Shown here piece by piece: positions 1-14,016 of a stretch of DNA of 64,000 bases. The stretch is from the NCBI GenBank assembly GCA_002633005.1, contig NMRA01000164.1, forward strand, positions 685,338 through 749,337, written 5' to 3'. The position numbers and the translations under genes were made by a program. The DNA is from Phoronis australis. Lineage: Eukaryota; Animalia; Phoronida. The notes beneath the pieces were generated by a model. It made no database searches. It was given only the letters and a program-made list of their open reading frames with translations, and was not told where the DNA came from. Each line of letters begins with the position of its first letter. Within the stretch, counting starts at the first letter, position 1.

Positions 1-317
1 CAAATACCAATAAATCCGTAAGAGCGAAATGAAACAACACGTTTTTATAAGAACTCGGTGTATTTTCAAGGGTTTTACATCGAAGTTTGATGATTTATTG
101 GTGTTAAACGATGACTTCAAGCGATAAGCTGACATCAGTAACCCGGGTTGTGAACTGCTGAACAGACTGCGTGTGAAACCGATGACGTCATTGGATAATT
201 TCGACATCTCCGTCTGCCGTCAGGTGTCAGGTAACGCAACCGTACGTGTCGTTATGGAGTACAACTACTCGATCTAAATTGATACAAATTAGGTTGTTTT
301 TTGGGTGGCATGCTCCT
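1..317 (-). mobile_element. End of a Kolobok-like (TTAA) non-autonomous DNA transposon
   Basis: Reverse-complement match to 59959-60275; ends ggtggcatgctcct|ttaa. Confidence 0.75.
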
Positions 318-318
318 T

Positions 319-556
319 TAAATCTCTTTGTGTGAGTGGATAGAATTTTACACATCTGTATGAAAATGAATTATTTTCATTCGTTGTCATATATCATTGT
401 ATTCTTAACATCAGTTTTTTATTTATGTATTCGCATATAATCATTGTATATAGACTTCTTTGTATTTTTTTACCCAGACCTAATGCCTCTTGGCGCTTTC
501 TGGGTTATGTATATTCATTGTATTCTGAAGATTTCGTAATAAACATTAAAAAAAGA
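319..556 (+). mobile_element. 3' UTR/tail fragment of a CR1/L2-like LINE
   Basis: Aligns by eye with the reverse complement of 62480-62745 (taaatctctttgtg...cctcttggcgct..ctgggt...aacatt + A tail). Confidence 0.7.
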
Positions 557-1058
557 CTCAGGAACATATTTGAGTCCCTGTTGAGACTGTTTCATGCAAC
601 CGTGTTCAGGTTCTTTTGTTATGAAACGTGACTAAGTCAGAAATTTCGCATCACGCTCCAAAAATCTATTTCTGAAAAATAATTTTGATTTAAAAATCTC
701 ACTGCTAGTTACTAAGGTAATTTCTGTAAATTATTTGTGGACTGTTATGTGCTCATAATTACTTTACTAAACCTTTTTCAGCAACCGCAAAGTAGAAGCG
801 TAAGACCGAATTTCCGTCTGAAAGAGACCTGAAACTCGACTTATCGTTAAAATACCTTTTAAATAGAGAGTAATTCACTTTGAATGTTGCTAGAAAAAAT
901 AAAAAAACGTCAAATTCCGTATTTTTGAAACTCAGACGAAATATAACCAGCACAGTTGTAAAATTCTGTGCCCCTAATAATTACGCACATGCGCTCAACA
1001 AATTTCTCAAGTGCATAATCGCCTTTGTTCAAAGGCCACATTTTCCAAATAAGGGAAA

Positions 1059-1267
1059 AAGGCACTATGGCCTAGTGTGATAGGTGCCCGATGTCTTTTC
1101 TCGAGGTCGTGGGTTCGAGTTCCACTGGGCCACACTGCTAGAGCCTTGAGTCAGGCTTCTAGCTCCTCAGTGCACTTTTAACCATATATATCAATAAAGC
1201 ATAAAAAACGTTCCACGTGATCAGTGCAATGGACCTTCATGCGTGTACCAGACCGCCTGCAATACTT
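1059..1267 (+). mobile_element. tRNA-derived SINE
   Basis: A-box tggcctagtg, B-box ggttcgagttcc; flanked by the 18-bp direct repeat ttttccaaataagggaaa (1041-1058, 1268-1285), a possible TSD. Confidence 0.6.
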
Positions 1268-4200
1268 TTTTCCAAATAAGGGAAATGTGCAACGTCTATG
1301 TCTAGCCATACCAAATAAGGAATCGTGCTTTGCAGTGTGGGAGAAAAGTGGCAAAATAAAGAACAGTTGACAGATCGTTTTTTTGCTTTTGAAACTGAAG
1401 GAAAGTGATTCGACATCATAGAAATATAAAATCTATATGAACAAACCGCAACAATGCTTGGTGAACAATTTCAATAGCATAGAACCATTTTGAATAATGC
1501 AATTTAATCTGTTTTGTTTTGCGTTTTATGCCACTTTAAGGCTTAAACCACTTTCAGGAAACAGACCACAGTGCTCAGTTAAATGACATAGTCCTAATAT
1601 ATGCTCCCTAAATGTTCTGCGCATTTGTAGATTTTGTGCAAACACAGATTATTCCGTTTTATATTTATTGTTTTCATTGCTGAGGTAGGCTTACAGCTTC
1701 GATACGCAGTGACACTAAACTTTACGTCAAACTTCTAAGATTATTGAAAGGAAACAGGAACCATTGCATATAGTGTCCATAATGTAATGACAAGAGTCCA
1801 GTTTTCAGTTATGGACAACGAATCCTGTATTTTTATGTTTTAGCTGAACAGAACAATACGGATAACCCCTTGTACGCACAATGACGGTTGATCCCACGTT
1901 CAGCTTTTACCTTAGTCCTATGCTCTTACCTTAAGGAGAAGCATGCGATCAGAAATCTGATATTCTAAACGACAATTTATATTCGTCATTTGGCGACAAC
2001 AGTATTGTCACGCCATTTCTATCTTTTACTGTCTTCAATGGTGGTAAAAAGAGGATTTTCAAGAATTGGCCAAACTGAGCTATAAGTGAAGAGTAGAGTG
2101 CCTTTACAGGCTAAGCCTCGTCGCCGACCTTGAGTCTATTCTCACAATAATCACAAAACTCATTTTTGGCCTTAAAAGTCGATATTTTTAAGAGGTAACC
2201 AAACAAAGGAAAAAAAGCAAAAATCAATGTATTATAAATATAGAATAAAATACGAAAACTTTGACTTTTTGAGGAACAGTACCATGTTATTTTTTTTGTA
2301 AAGCGTTGGTTAAAACTGTGACGAAAGCAATAAATACATAATAATTACATAATAAATAAACCGTTGAATTCGATCTTTTCGTATAGCAAGCCTCGATCGC
2401 TCTCTGAAGTTTAAGTTTATTTGTATTGTGTAAAGCTACAATTATTTGAACAGTTAATGAACCTGCTTTATAAAGATCGCTTGCTTACAACTTTCATAAT
2501 TTGTTTCAATGCAACTATACAGTGTACAGTCTGACTTGGTAACAACGAACGTCGATAATTACGAGCGTTTTACAAGGGCCCTTGGGCTCGAGTGTACTGA
2601 TGTTCAGTGAAGCTTCTAAGCAAGTAAGTGTTCAGAGCAAAAATGACAAAAGAAACTTACCCACAGAGGGAATAATAGGACTGCAATGAAAAAGCAGACC
2701 GTTCCTGCCATTGCTGCTCGCCTATTTGTTGGTGAAACAAGATCATCAATATCTAGTACCCTTCTCATAAATGTCAATCTCTTTAAAGTGACATTATCGG
2801 CTAGAAAGGCCATTTCTGGTACTGATTTCAGTCCCAGCCAGGACAAAACACATAAGGTCAGCGATCGCACTATATCGCTTTGCTGGTGGAGCTGAATGTC
2901 GTAGTATTTTGGGGCACCGACGGCAGGGAGGCGGACCTCGGCCAAGCTGTCGCAGGCAACGCCGACTGGGACGGAACTTCGAATTTTTGAACTTATATTG
3001 TATTAAGGTAGCTAGGTAGCTTTCAGTTAATTTTAAGCGTAGCAGGATCACTAAGCTGTAGTATGGTTACAAAAGTTGACAGGTCTCGTCGTGGCAAAAA
3101 TGGCTCTTTACAAAAATAACTCAAATTGTTTTTTAAAGCTTCATGAATCTAAATATCTAACTCTGCAGTCGAATTGTGTACTAGAGGCTCTTATCCAAAA
3201 GTAATTCAATTATTTATTTTTTCGTGACAACAGCTTTAACAAAGCTTTGAGTTCAGTAACCAGTGCCCCTCCCTGTGCCGACCAAATCTCTCAATTTTGG
3301 AGAAAAGCTCAGTTGAACGCCAGCCTACAGGTATATGAATAACAAAAATGTACCTCTGCTACGAAACAAAACGATGCAAACCTCTTGCCGATTATGGAGT
3401 GAGAGTCCGGATGTTCGATTCATGATTCAGGTTGGGCACTGGGTTCACTGCAGAGAAGCTGAACCCAATCAATTTTCAAACTGATTCGACTACCCGTAAC
3501 CCACATCATTGTAGGTTTGACCAAATATTCGTTGTCCATCAACCATTGTTATTAGACTAAGTAGGTTTTGAGGAACTTAAGTCGACAAGTGTCAGATTAT
3601 CTAAGCCTCAGATTATGTAAGGTTTTTTCAAAATTATTTTCAGAAAATTTGATGATCGAATAGGCTAAAGACGTCGAGTCGACATTGACCTCTTACCCTT
3701 TGAACTTTCAACGTCAGAGGTCATAGTTGAAGTAGTGCGGGTTTGGAATACGGAAAACATTTATTACTTAGCCGTATTGCACTTGACTGATTCAAACGTC
3801 TAACGTCTAACTATAATTTTTTAACCAGTAACAGTATAGAAAGTAGAAATTCCGTGGAAATTAATTTACGACTTTTCGTCAGTCTGCCATTAATTGAGCA
3901 ACTTGACCATGTTCATGTAGTAAAATTTGGCGAAAGAGAAAGGTACCGAGTGATGACACAACAACGATGCTCCATTCAATACGTGTTGGACACGTCGATG
4001 GCGGTATACCGAGTCGTTTTACACCGGCATCACCACGTCGATTTCGAAACACATGTGACCAGCTGACGAGTTGGTGGAGCCGTACTGTCAGGCAGAAACC
4101 AGTTACCCACACGTGCTGACTTCGGTTGCTTGCAGTTAAGTTAAGCAACGGTTTTCACAGAAATTTTAAATGTTTTACCTTCAAAGCTATTGAGTAACAC

Positions 4201-5404
4201 ACCTGGGTTATATATTCTCTAGCTGTTCCGTTGAAATGTAGTAGGTGTGTTGAAGTGACAAAATTTGTCTGATTCCTTTGTAAAGTCGCTTCTCTCAAAT
4301 CACGATATTTATTTTTCAACCGAAGCAGTTTTGATAGATACGTAATAGAATGGGGATGAAGAGACTTGTGCGGAACATGTTCTCATTTGCAACTTCTTTC
4401 ACATTCGACTTTTTGTGTTTGCTAGCACCAGGTATTGTATTCATGACCATTTGGCACTACAACTAAGTCAAGTGACATTTCAGTTTTCAAACTTGTTTAG
4501 GCAGTGCTTTCTTCCCAGTTGGGATTTCTGCCTGACATTTTTCATGAAACTCAGAAAACGCATGTGTATGGTTCTTGCAGTGCATAACATGTAGGAAAAT
4601 CGCCTCTCTCACTAATGCGACGTACTTTATTGGCATCAACGTTTTCGCAGATTTATGCAAATGCACAACTGCACATGCGTTTACTAGCAAAAAGATACAA
4701 CCTCAAGCGCTCTTAATCAAGAATTCCACGCAGTGGAGAGAGCATTGATGAAAAAATGGACGACACTAGCGTTTAGGATGTCTATTTCTATTCAGCAACA
4801 CATAGTGCTTAAAACAGATAATAAGTCTTAAATACTTGTTCACACACTCAGCTCCGATACGTCACTTTCCAGCACAAGGCTGGCAAAATTTACACGTGAC
4901 GGGACACCAATGTAACAAGTTCAGCCTGCTGCTCTCACGGTGGCAGTTATTCGCTAAGGAAGCACAGCTGCTCGTCTTATCTATGCACTCTGAAATATAA
5001 AAGATTTGAAATAACTACATGACCACATACACCATGGACCGTTTTTAATGAAATTAAATCCCGATGACGGGTGATTTCTAATTTCCTGCAGTTACAGACC
5101 GTTACCTCAATCCTTCTCAAAACAGACATGTTTACACTGCCTATTCTATATGGAGACCCCTAAACCAACTTGTTGAGGAAACCTAATTATCAGTCAGCAA
5201 GTCAAAGTGTTTTGAATGTCATTTAAAGTTGTCGTGATAGCAGTTAACAGTTCACCAATTTTTGGAAATCTAAGGATCAACTGCATTGTTTTTCCTTTCA
5301 GAAAAACACTGAAAATGACATTTTCTCTAAATTGTAGTTTTAAAGCTTTTGCACAATGATTAACCCGAGTGGCTTACTGCCGTTTGCACTAAATTATCAG
5401 CCTG

Positions 5405-5513
5405 ACATGGCCACCCACGTGGTTACTCATCGCGCCTTGAATAACATTGTGGCGGGAAACCGAGCCCGGTTTCGAGCCAGCTTTGCAAGAGTCGACTAAC
5501 CACTGTGCCACTC
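5405..5513 (-). mobile_element. Degenerate tRNA-derived SINE head
   Basis: Reverse strand reads tggcacagtggttag...ggctcgaaacc, resembling A and B boxes. Confidence 0.45.
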
Positions 5514-6018
5514 AGAAGCTGATGTCATCGAACGTGAAAATAGAATACTTAATTGAGGACGCGCAATAATCACATGTTCAACAAAAGACACTGTACCGAC
5601 ATTTATACGCTATGAAAAATTAGACACACAATTTCAATAAAAAACGACATCAGTCATTCTGTCATTTTCTCTCATTTGTAATGCGAATAACGTGTAGTCG
5701 GGATCCTTTGACTTGGACATTATACTCAGTAACCAGTGGTAACTGCCTTTACCAGACGATATTTTCACGGTGGAAGCTTGGCATAAGATGTGTAGTAAGC
5801 TGGACTAATGTCATACATCCGTTTTATTGCTATTTTGATTAAATATCTAATTGGTCTTGAGTAAAAACATTAATTTAACAAGAATAACTCGGCGTTTCTT
5901 AAAAGGTCACAACGTACTACCCCGGGCCTCAGACATGGAAAGTAGTTTCAAAAGCCGCGGCGAGTCGAGAAAGGTAGATCGATTCATTACAATGTTTATC
6001 GTTCATTATGTGGTATAA

Positions 6019-6143
6019 ATGGATTATTGCAGGTTCTCAGTCGTTATCCCCTTATCTAGAGCCCTCGTGGATTTTGTAGATCTCCAAAATCTACTCGGGC
6101 TTTAGATTACGGGTTATAACGACTTCAGCATGTAATAATCTAT
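6019..6143. repeat. ~125-bp imperfect hairpin (palindromic MITE-like)
   Basis: atggattattgcagg...gtcgttat...gagccctcgtggattttg pairs with caaaatctactcgggct...ataacgac...taataatctat. Confidence 0.75.
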
Positions 6144-6995
6144 CTATATATCTATCTATATATATACATGTAAAATTTAATAAAATGCATTCGTGTTACA
6201 AAAAATGGACATTATTTATATAACGACAAGGTACGATGGAACCCAGTATCTTGGGAATTTATGTCAAGAGTTTTTATTATTAAAGCTTCGAGAATTTTCA
6301 AACGAAAGATATCCCGACGAAATACCTGACGATAGTATTGTCAACAATATCTAAACGGGACATTTTCTTTTTGTGAAGTGTTTGAAAGTGATCATTTAAT
6401 GGATCAGTTGCTTGAGGCTAGGCCAACATAAAGCTGGAAAGAAAGAAGAACTAGTGCTACCATCGGACTACGTAGGAACTAACTAGGAGTTAAATATGGA
6501 GACCCAGTGCTGAGGTACACAGGTTATAGATGGGGCGTGTAGGAAAGGGGCCCCCTATGCGGCCCAGGTCACATTCTGTGATGAGCGTGTTGCCGTCAAG
6601 CAAGAAAAGACTTCACTAGTTAGCGACCAGAACTGCACTCGAGGGTCCCTCACCGCGGATTGCCTCTCTACACCGCGATCACAGCTCTCAGCACAAACTG
6701 AGCCATAACACTTCGTTCCTTACAATATCTCTTTTTATCACTCCGTCTGGTATGCTCACTCAGCTTGTCCGTAACTTGGTTTGCAGGTTACTAAGGCCCA
6801 GTTGGCTGTTTGGTGTACCCACTTAGTACTGTATATGATATTTGCCCATTTGTCAGTTTGGACTCATTTGGTACAAATTATTGAATTTGATGTTTTGGCG
6901 ACCCACTCGGTAGGCAATAGGGCCAATACCCATTTGGTATTATGCACCCATTTGGTACTATACTAACCTTCGCCACTTAGAGTCCGATACTCAAT

Positions 6996-9900
6996 AGGGC
7001 TATTCGGAAAATCTACAATAACTAGAGGGCGTGCGTGTACTAGTGGTGATAGATTAACAGCCTCGATTTCGCGAGCCCTTTAAATACATGGTGAAATGGC
7101 TTGCAGCCGTGCCAACTGAAACTGAGATTGCGTAAAAAGGGTGCTTCTATGAGAGGAAGTAAGCACGACCTCATACAAACGTAAGGTTTGTGATTATTTT
7201 AACGATTATTCCATGATTATTCTTCCGATGCCTGTTAACTGAGGCACTCGCTGATGTCGACTTCGCGGCAGTCAGTCGCCAGCCAGAGTCTGGTTAATCT
7301 TTGTATGTTGTGATATGTGATACGATACTTGACGTAGCAATCGGGATCTTTTCGTACATCAAAGCATTATTATTGTTTGGAATGATTTCTAAAAGTTTAT
7401 CAGTGACAGTTACATCAATCAATGCTGAATGTTTATGCTGTCAACTTGATACAGGTTAATGAGTTAAGATTACAATCCAATCCCCATGGCAAAGGGTACG
7501 TGAGTGATAAAAATCCACTGCATTAGACTATTTGTTTACTCCCTATCATATGTCTTCTGGAAATCTATTAAACGTTGAAATGGAAATCTATCACGTCAGT
7601 TTTCACGTAACCTTTGGTTTTTAGGTTTGAAGGTTTGTACCGTGTAGAGGAGATATGCATCGCTTCTGCACCGTCCCTGAATGGACAAAAATTGGTTTTT
7701 AGCATTTGACTGCAGCTAACCAACAAGATCTTCCCATCCAGTGCAGATCTGTTGTCAAAGCCTACTTTCAATATTGGAGACAACGAACAAAGCCTTTGAA
7801 AAAGAGCAGCTATTTTTAAAGTCATTTTGTTGTAAATTACTTATTCAGGTTCCAAGGGGGGATTGGCATGGGGGTTGTAATATTTGGTACAACTGAATGT
7901 GTGGAAATAACAGGTAATACATGTTTGGGGAAAAGAGCATGGTGATGTAATTCTTAACTTTCACGAAGTCCCTTCAAGTTGATTTCATGAAACTAATTTG
8001 CTACTTGTATCAATTGTAAAACCACGAAAATATATTACATTTTCCGAATTCAAAGTGACTGAATAGTCTCAACTCATGCCTTGAAATGTTGCAAGTCGTT
8101 ATAAATTCAAATGACTGCCATTTTTGTGAAAATTGCATTTTTGATGGTGCCTTACGATTTGTAATTACTCTTAAACAACAGAAAGATTATCCATCATTTT
8201 TAAATGACCCAAGTCTTCGTATCTTCTATTAGAAGAAAACGGTTCCCTCAACCTTAGGCTAGATGTATGCTTGACAGACCCATGTACCTGTAATCTGAGT
8301 TTAAAATTGCTGAAAGTATCAAAATTAAAAAGGCTTGAAAATGGGTAACAAAGGTTTGAAGTTGTCTCAAAAAACTTGAATATTTTACAGACAAGTGATG
8401 CGTTTGAAGAATTGTTATGGCTAGGGATAAAAAATAAAGATACAGTTTTATGCAATACTCATTATATACACCCTTGGTTTCTAAAAATAGTAATTATTTA
8501 CTTTTATATATTTTTGAAAAACAGTGATAACATTTTTGATCTAATCTGGATTACTTAATTATTCATAATTCAATAATTGTTCCAGGTTCAGTGACATTTT
8601 AAGGCTACTTCAAGCTGTATCATAGACAAGCTTTGTTACTCCGTTCTCTTCCCACAGCACTTCCACACACCAGCAGTGCTGCATGGCACAATGTGCAAGT
8701 CAGTGGCCCTGGAGAAATGTGAATGGCAGTACTAAGTTACCATAAGACAGTGTGCCAGTGGAGTGTCTGTGTATCCAGACGAACTATATCTGACTGCTAC
8801 ACAAATAAGCCTTGTTGGTGAGGATGCCCTTTCATAGGCAATGAGTCATGTGTAGACAATAGCTTATTTCCTTTCCTGGAAGAAACATGAGGGACTGAAG
8901 CTAGAGAAGACCTAGTCACACTCTGGTCTAGTTCAGAGTCTGATTTTGGGCTCAAAACAATTCAAGTGATATGCTGCTGTGTTTACCTTCAAGGGTCTAA
9001 TTGTGGATGTTATTGAGGCTGAATGAGGTTACATGAAAGAAAGCCACGTGTTGAAACTGGACCTTTTTTACAAGCGCTTCTATAGGCCATTGAAACTAGA
9101 ACCCAGTGAAATGAAAGCCAAAAGCTGAGTGACATTAAATTTTCCTTTCAGAAGAAAGGCTTTATACTATTGGTAAAAACTTTTCAATTTGGTACAGATT
9201 ATGGGGAAATGACATTCAGTGACTGCATCGATTGTCTTATTGTATGTTTTCAATTGTAGCTAGCTGGATAAGAATCTGCTATGCACAAGATTCGAGAATA
9301 AACAATTATCAGTGTATTTAAAAACAAATGGCAAACTGAAAAAGCACAGAAAGAAACAACATTGCGAGGGAGTCCATAATCAGGCATATCAGGTGCTGAA
9401 TTTCTGAATTACGTTCAATTCTCTCAGGTTATTGCTGAAGGATTGCTTTTCACTTTGTCCAACGGTGAAATAGATGGTCAGGCGGTTGGTTTCAGTTGTT
9501 TTTTCTTGCCTGTAACAGAATAGAAATATTAGCAAATTGTAAAAGAAAAGACAAGACAAAACTACTTTTGTAAGGCAGAACATACTTGACATTTCATCTT
9601 CATGTTTATGTGTAGAAACTAATAACCTTTGTACCCAAGTCTTATTTAATATCTGAATTAAAATATGTGAAACAGGCTAAAAGTGATTTAACAATGTGTA
9701 TTTTTCATGACACTTAAAATGTGCTTCTGATCTCAACAAGTAAAATTCATTCTAGGTGTCAATTTTTTTCCAATGCAATGTTACGACATTTACTGAATTA
9801 AGGCTTATTCATGTTAATTCGATAACTGAGCTGGTGGTCCTGGGGGTGGGGTCCACGATAAAATAAGGAAACTCACTCATCTAGAGAATTTTATTGGAAA

Positions 9901-10488
9901 CAGCATAGTTTTGAAGAGAAAATGCTGTGAAAAAGTCACTCTTGACTTCTGTGCATCACGTACCATACACCTCTTATTTTGGGAGCACTCCCACCCAGGA
10001 CAATATGAATATGTGCTGCTAGCCTACCCGGCATCGGGTGAGTTTCCAAAAAGAAACACTTAGTTCCACTCAATAAAACTGTTATTCAGTGGGGTAACTG
10101 GTGGGGATAACATCACCGAACGATGTTGATAGAAACTGATTGCTAAAAACTTACCAAGTAATGTTGTGTAGTCTCCGAATGGAACTGCATAGTCATAGAC
10201 ATAGAGCACACACGGGGCTTCAGCATCCACACACTTTTTGTCAGTTAGTTGACCCTGTTGACCGCAATTGTCCACGAATATAGTAACCTTAGGTCTTTTG
10301 GGAATTTGTGGCCACCTGTCGAAGACTTGCACCAGGGAAATTAGCAGTAATAAAGCTTAGCGCGACGACGTATTTTGATAAAAATTCCATCTTTTACCAG
10401 TTGTTTACATGCAGACAGCCACGCATGCGCAATTCAATCACCACTAGTACAGCAGCCACACCGCGAGGAGAATTCTCCGAAAAGCCCC
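6996..10488 (-). mobile_element. Decayed ISL2EU/IS4EU-like (PIF/Harbinger-related) DNA transposon
   Basis: Imperfect ~60-bp TIRs (agggctattcggaaaat...gtactagtggtgat / atcaccactagtac...attctccgaaaagcccc), AT dinucleotide on both flanks, THAP remnant, weaker SWIM- and YqaJ-like remnants. Confidence 0.7.
9460..10355 (-). pseudogene. Intron-split THAP zinc-finger pseudo-exons of the transposon (approx. 10155-10355 and 9460-9509)
   Basis: YC*FPWCKSSTGGHKFPKDLRLLYSWTIAVNR...RVCS...DYTTLL | phase-1 intron gtaagt...ttacag | GKKKQLKPTA*PSI (AVPTIF-like box); contains stops and frameshifts. Confidence 0.75.
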
Positions 10489-12855
10489 ATTACACATTGG
10501 GTATCGTAAGCGAGTGTGTTATCGCTTGTAATTAAGGAGCCCACCTGGTTCCTTCTGTGAAATGATTATTTGTAGAACTATGACCCTGAAATTTCCAACA
10601 CAACTTGAATATAAATTATTCTTGTGTTGTTTTATTTGTCTCCAATAAATGGAGAACGAAAGATTATAACGCGTCTTTATCTGGTTTACAGAGATAATGC
10701 CAAGCAACTGTTTCGCGGGATTGTATTTTTAGGAAGATCTTTGAACTACTTATGTTTCGATGAATTGCCCACTTTTGGTAACGTCAGAAGCCGTCATCAG
10801 GCGTGGAATAATTCTGCCTTTGTTCAGAACACCCGAGTCAACACTGGAGGACTTACTTGGCAAGCAAACTTTACATGTCCGACGACATTTTCTTTGTATG
10901 TCATCGCTGTATTGACAGTCCGTTGTACGAGCTCGTTTGCATTCTTCAGGACTATCATCACAGCAATCTGCAATGATTCATTGAAGATTAATAGTCATAG
11001 AGAGCCGTAATTAACCGTTAATATATCCATCACCCAGTATACTGTTTCGTAATTAGCAAATTTTACCAGCGAGGGAGTGTCGAGGGAAGCTGAAATCAGA
11101 CGATTGTGTCAATAAAAACATATTCTATGTTGGGTCGCAATTTCCTGTAAATATCTCAGTGTAGATTTTCATCGCAACAAAAGGTTTTCGTTTGATTTGA
11201 ATCAAATTTTAGAAAGAATTTGTTTTGAGAGCTATGTACAAGGCATATTGACCTATTTATGATGACCCAGATTAGCTAGCATAAAAATAGCCTCCTGATC
11301 ACCGTGCTTCGGAATTTTTACCGAGAGTTTACAGTTTTAGAGCAGCAAAACAGCTTTTTCAGAGGAACGAAGTCTTGGAAACATGTTTTGAGTAACTCAA
11401 ATAAACGGATTGCCGTTGTACACGCTAATTTATTCCACTAGGACACCACGCATCATGAGTCAAATATGGCCTCCCGCCCACCGATGTATACGCATTGGCT
11501 TCATTTTCCGTATTTCACGGCATATTTTACGACGTATTGAATCTTCGTATTGATACAAACAAGGGATAATAACGGGAATCTTTTCATGCAAATACTAATA
11601 TCAACAGAAACGGAGGAGTACGTCTGCTGTTAAGCGACGAGCTTTTCGGCATAGAGTGGTACGCATGCTGTAAAAATAGTGAGAGTCACGCCAGTGAGCT
11701 TGCTATAGTCATATTTGTGTGTTAGTGAATGCACTGCAGGAACGAATTAGGAAGTTGGCAGTAACGTACGTTACGGATGCAGGTGGGTTTCGCAGCACGT
11801 AACAATGTTACAACTTACTGTCAACAAACCATGTGTTGCTGTTATTGACACCTGCTGGTGGCGTTACTCTGTTTCCTGTAACAACAAACTTTGCAAGAGT
11901 ATGAAGAAATGTGGCTAGAAAGGGCATAGGGATTTATTTTCCCTAACCCGAGCACTCGAATAATTGAGGCGTTAGAGTTACGAAAAATACATTCTTCTAT
12001 CCTTTCCCAGCCATCGAAATATCCAGATAAACATTAAGGTTCTGTCTTAAGTTAGCCAAGACGTTTCAGTACGTGTATATTCACGTGTGCTGGTGGACAT
12101 ACACAGGAGATGACATTACGAAGGATGTAGCCCCTTCGAACGAGATCGTGAATTGCCATACGACGTTACCACGTACAAAATGCATATAAATAAAATGCCA
12201 AGGTCTTGTTAATGGGAACTATGTACTAATGCCACCCGCTGTGTTATTTCATAGCCAAATAGTGAACCACGATGACCAACAACGGAAACTTTTGTCAATA
12301 TCAAATTTTGTGAAATGGTTTGAATGTCTTAAGTAAACTAAAAGTGACTAGCTACGCCTCTGTGGGTTACATTATTTTCGACATAGTTTGTGCGTCCAAG
12401 ACAACAGTACCTATCTATGGTTTGTCTGTGATGTATGTCACGTGTGACACAGTTTCTACATTCAAGACAAAGTAGCTACGAATTTTGATATTGTATAATT
12501 GCCCTACTGTAAGACTTGTGTTTTCTTTGTATCGAGGGTCAACTAACAGTATACATAATAATCAAATTTACTTACTTTCTGAGTAGGATCTTAGACTTGA
12601 TGTAACTTGTGATATTTGTCCTAAAGTGATAAGATGATATATAAATGAAGTTACTAAAACATATTTCTGTCATCATTGTGACAAACCGTCTAAGCCGCCA
12701 TCGGACGGCACTGAGTTGTACAACCATTTAGAAAATACAATGCTGCGTCGTGACAATATTGCGTTCATAGGGTCTAATAACCGTAACTGATACTGCAAAC
12801 TTTTTCAACTTTCAAAGACCCAGTCTTCGAATAATTATAAAAGGCAGATGCTTAA

Positions 12856-14016
12856 TGTCAGGATTTAGACTGACACTGTTCTTAGCTTTACTTTGTTTTA
12901 TTGTTCTGTTTGCATTATTGATTGGCATGACCCCTGAGGTCAGCACAGTGATGATCCAATAGCGGAGTTGCAACCGAATCGATTTAACGATTGCGCATGT
13001 CCGGAAATTAGGGTGCGCAAAGGCTACTGGGATTGTTGATGGTAAACGGGATGACCGAGTGGTTTGCACGACGTGTAATTTGTGTGCATTAAACTACGCT
13101 GCTGTATGTACTTCTGCCGCTATTCGCCCTAATTAGCGCCCATGGCTCAACAAGTGCCCCAACGCGTTTTCAGACTTTGCTAAAGTAAGCGCCCAGCCCA
13201 TGAACTACATGCGAAAAATGCCCTTACCTACAGTTCTAACGTCTCCAATTTATCAATTGAAAGATCCGACAGCCTGAATTTGTAACGGACCACGAGCCTC
13301 ACCGTTATGTCCGTATACACTTCAAACTTACGCCGCGATTCAAAAAGAACGCAGAAGTTTTGCTGCTCTTGCGAGGGATGTGCCCCACTACGCGGGTCTG
13401 GACTTTGAAAACAGACACAGCGTACTTGTCAAAGAGCGGGATTGCATTGTTTCTTTCCAGTACAGATCTTCTCCGGCCTCAAACTTCTTTGTGCATGTGA
13501 AAACCGTGAATCGAAGACTAATAAAAAAAACTCGACCAGTGTTAGCACGCGACCAAGAAGCGCGCGCTGCATAATGTACCGACNGAAGACTCTCCCACGA
13601 TAGTAATTAATGCAGTCTGGAATATTCTAGAAACTAGTATATGTTTGTAGAATGTTTGGGTAGATTCTGGAAAGTTCTAGAACAATGCATTAGTCTATAA
13701 ATACACAAGCACGATTTGTATTAATCAGTTAAGCGGTTGACAGTTAGATAAAACTTAAACATCAGTTAATTACTGGAGAGTTACAGTTGAGTTGCTGAAC
13801 GTGTCTCAGGAGTTCATCACAAGTTAAGGCTCGCAGCACTGGCTGGAGCGTAGAACAGACATTACGTCGGACGTTTTGCTTGAGTAGGCTTGTTAACGTA
13901 GGGTCGGGATTAATAAAGGATTGACTCTAATCAGTCTTCACTGTATCGTCGCACCGAAAGCTATTAGCACCGGTCTTTAACAACCTACGCTCAGCTACAA
14001 GGTGACTTGCCACACA
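12856..14016 (+). mobile_element. LTR copy interrupted by a ~650-bp insertion (about 12950-13600)
   Basis: 12856-12940 and 13602-14000 align with the solo LTR at 43980-44624; starts TGTCA; 3' end and TSD uncertain. Confidence 0.7.

Noticed and set aside
1062-1135. tRNA gene
   Set aside because: A and B boxes are present, but there is no complete cloverleaf and it continues into a SINE-like body.
6343-6380. Hammerhead-like ctgacga...ctaaac near 6325-6357
   Set aside because: The GAAA core is missing (ctaaac) and no convincing stems I and III were found.
6450-6730. GC-richer block with tgatgag...gaaa; ribozyme or SINE body
   Set aside because: No canonical CUGANGA core or helices; probably a truncated SINE-like repeat that I cannot assign.
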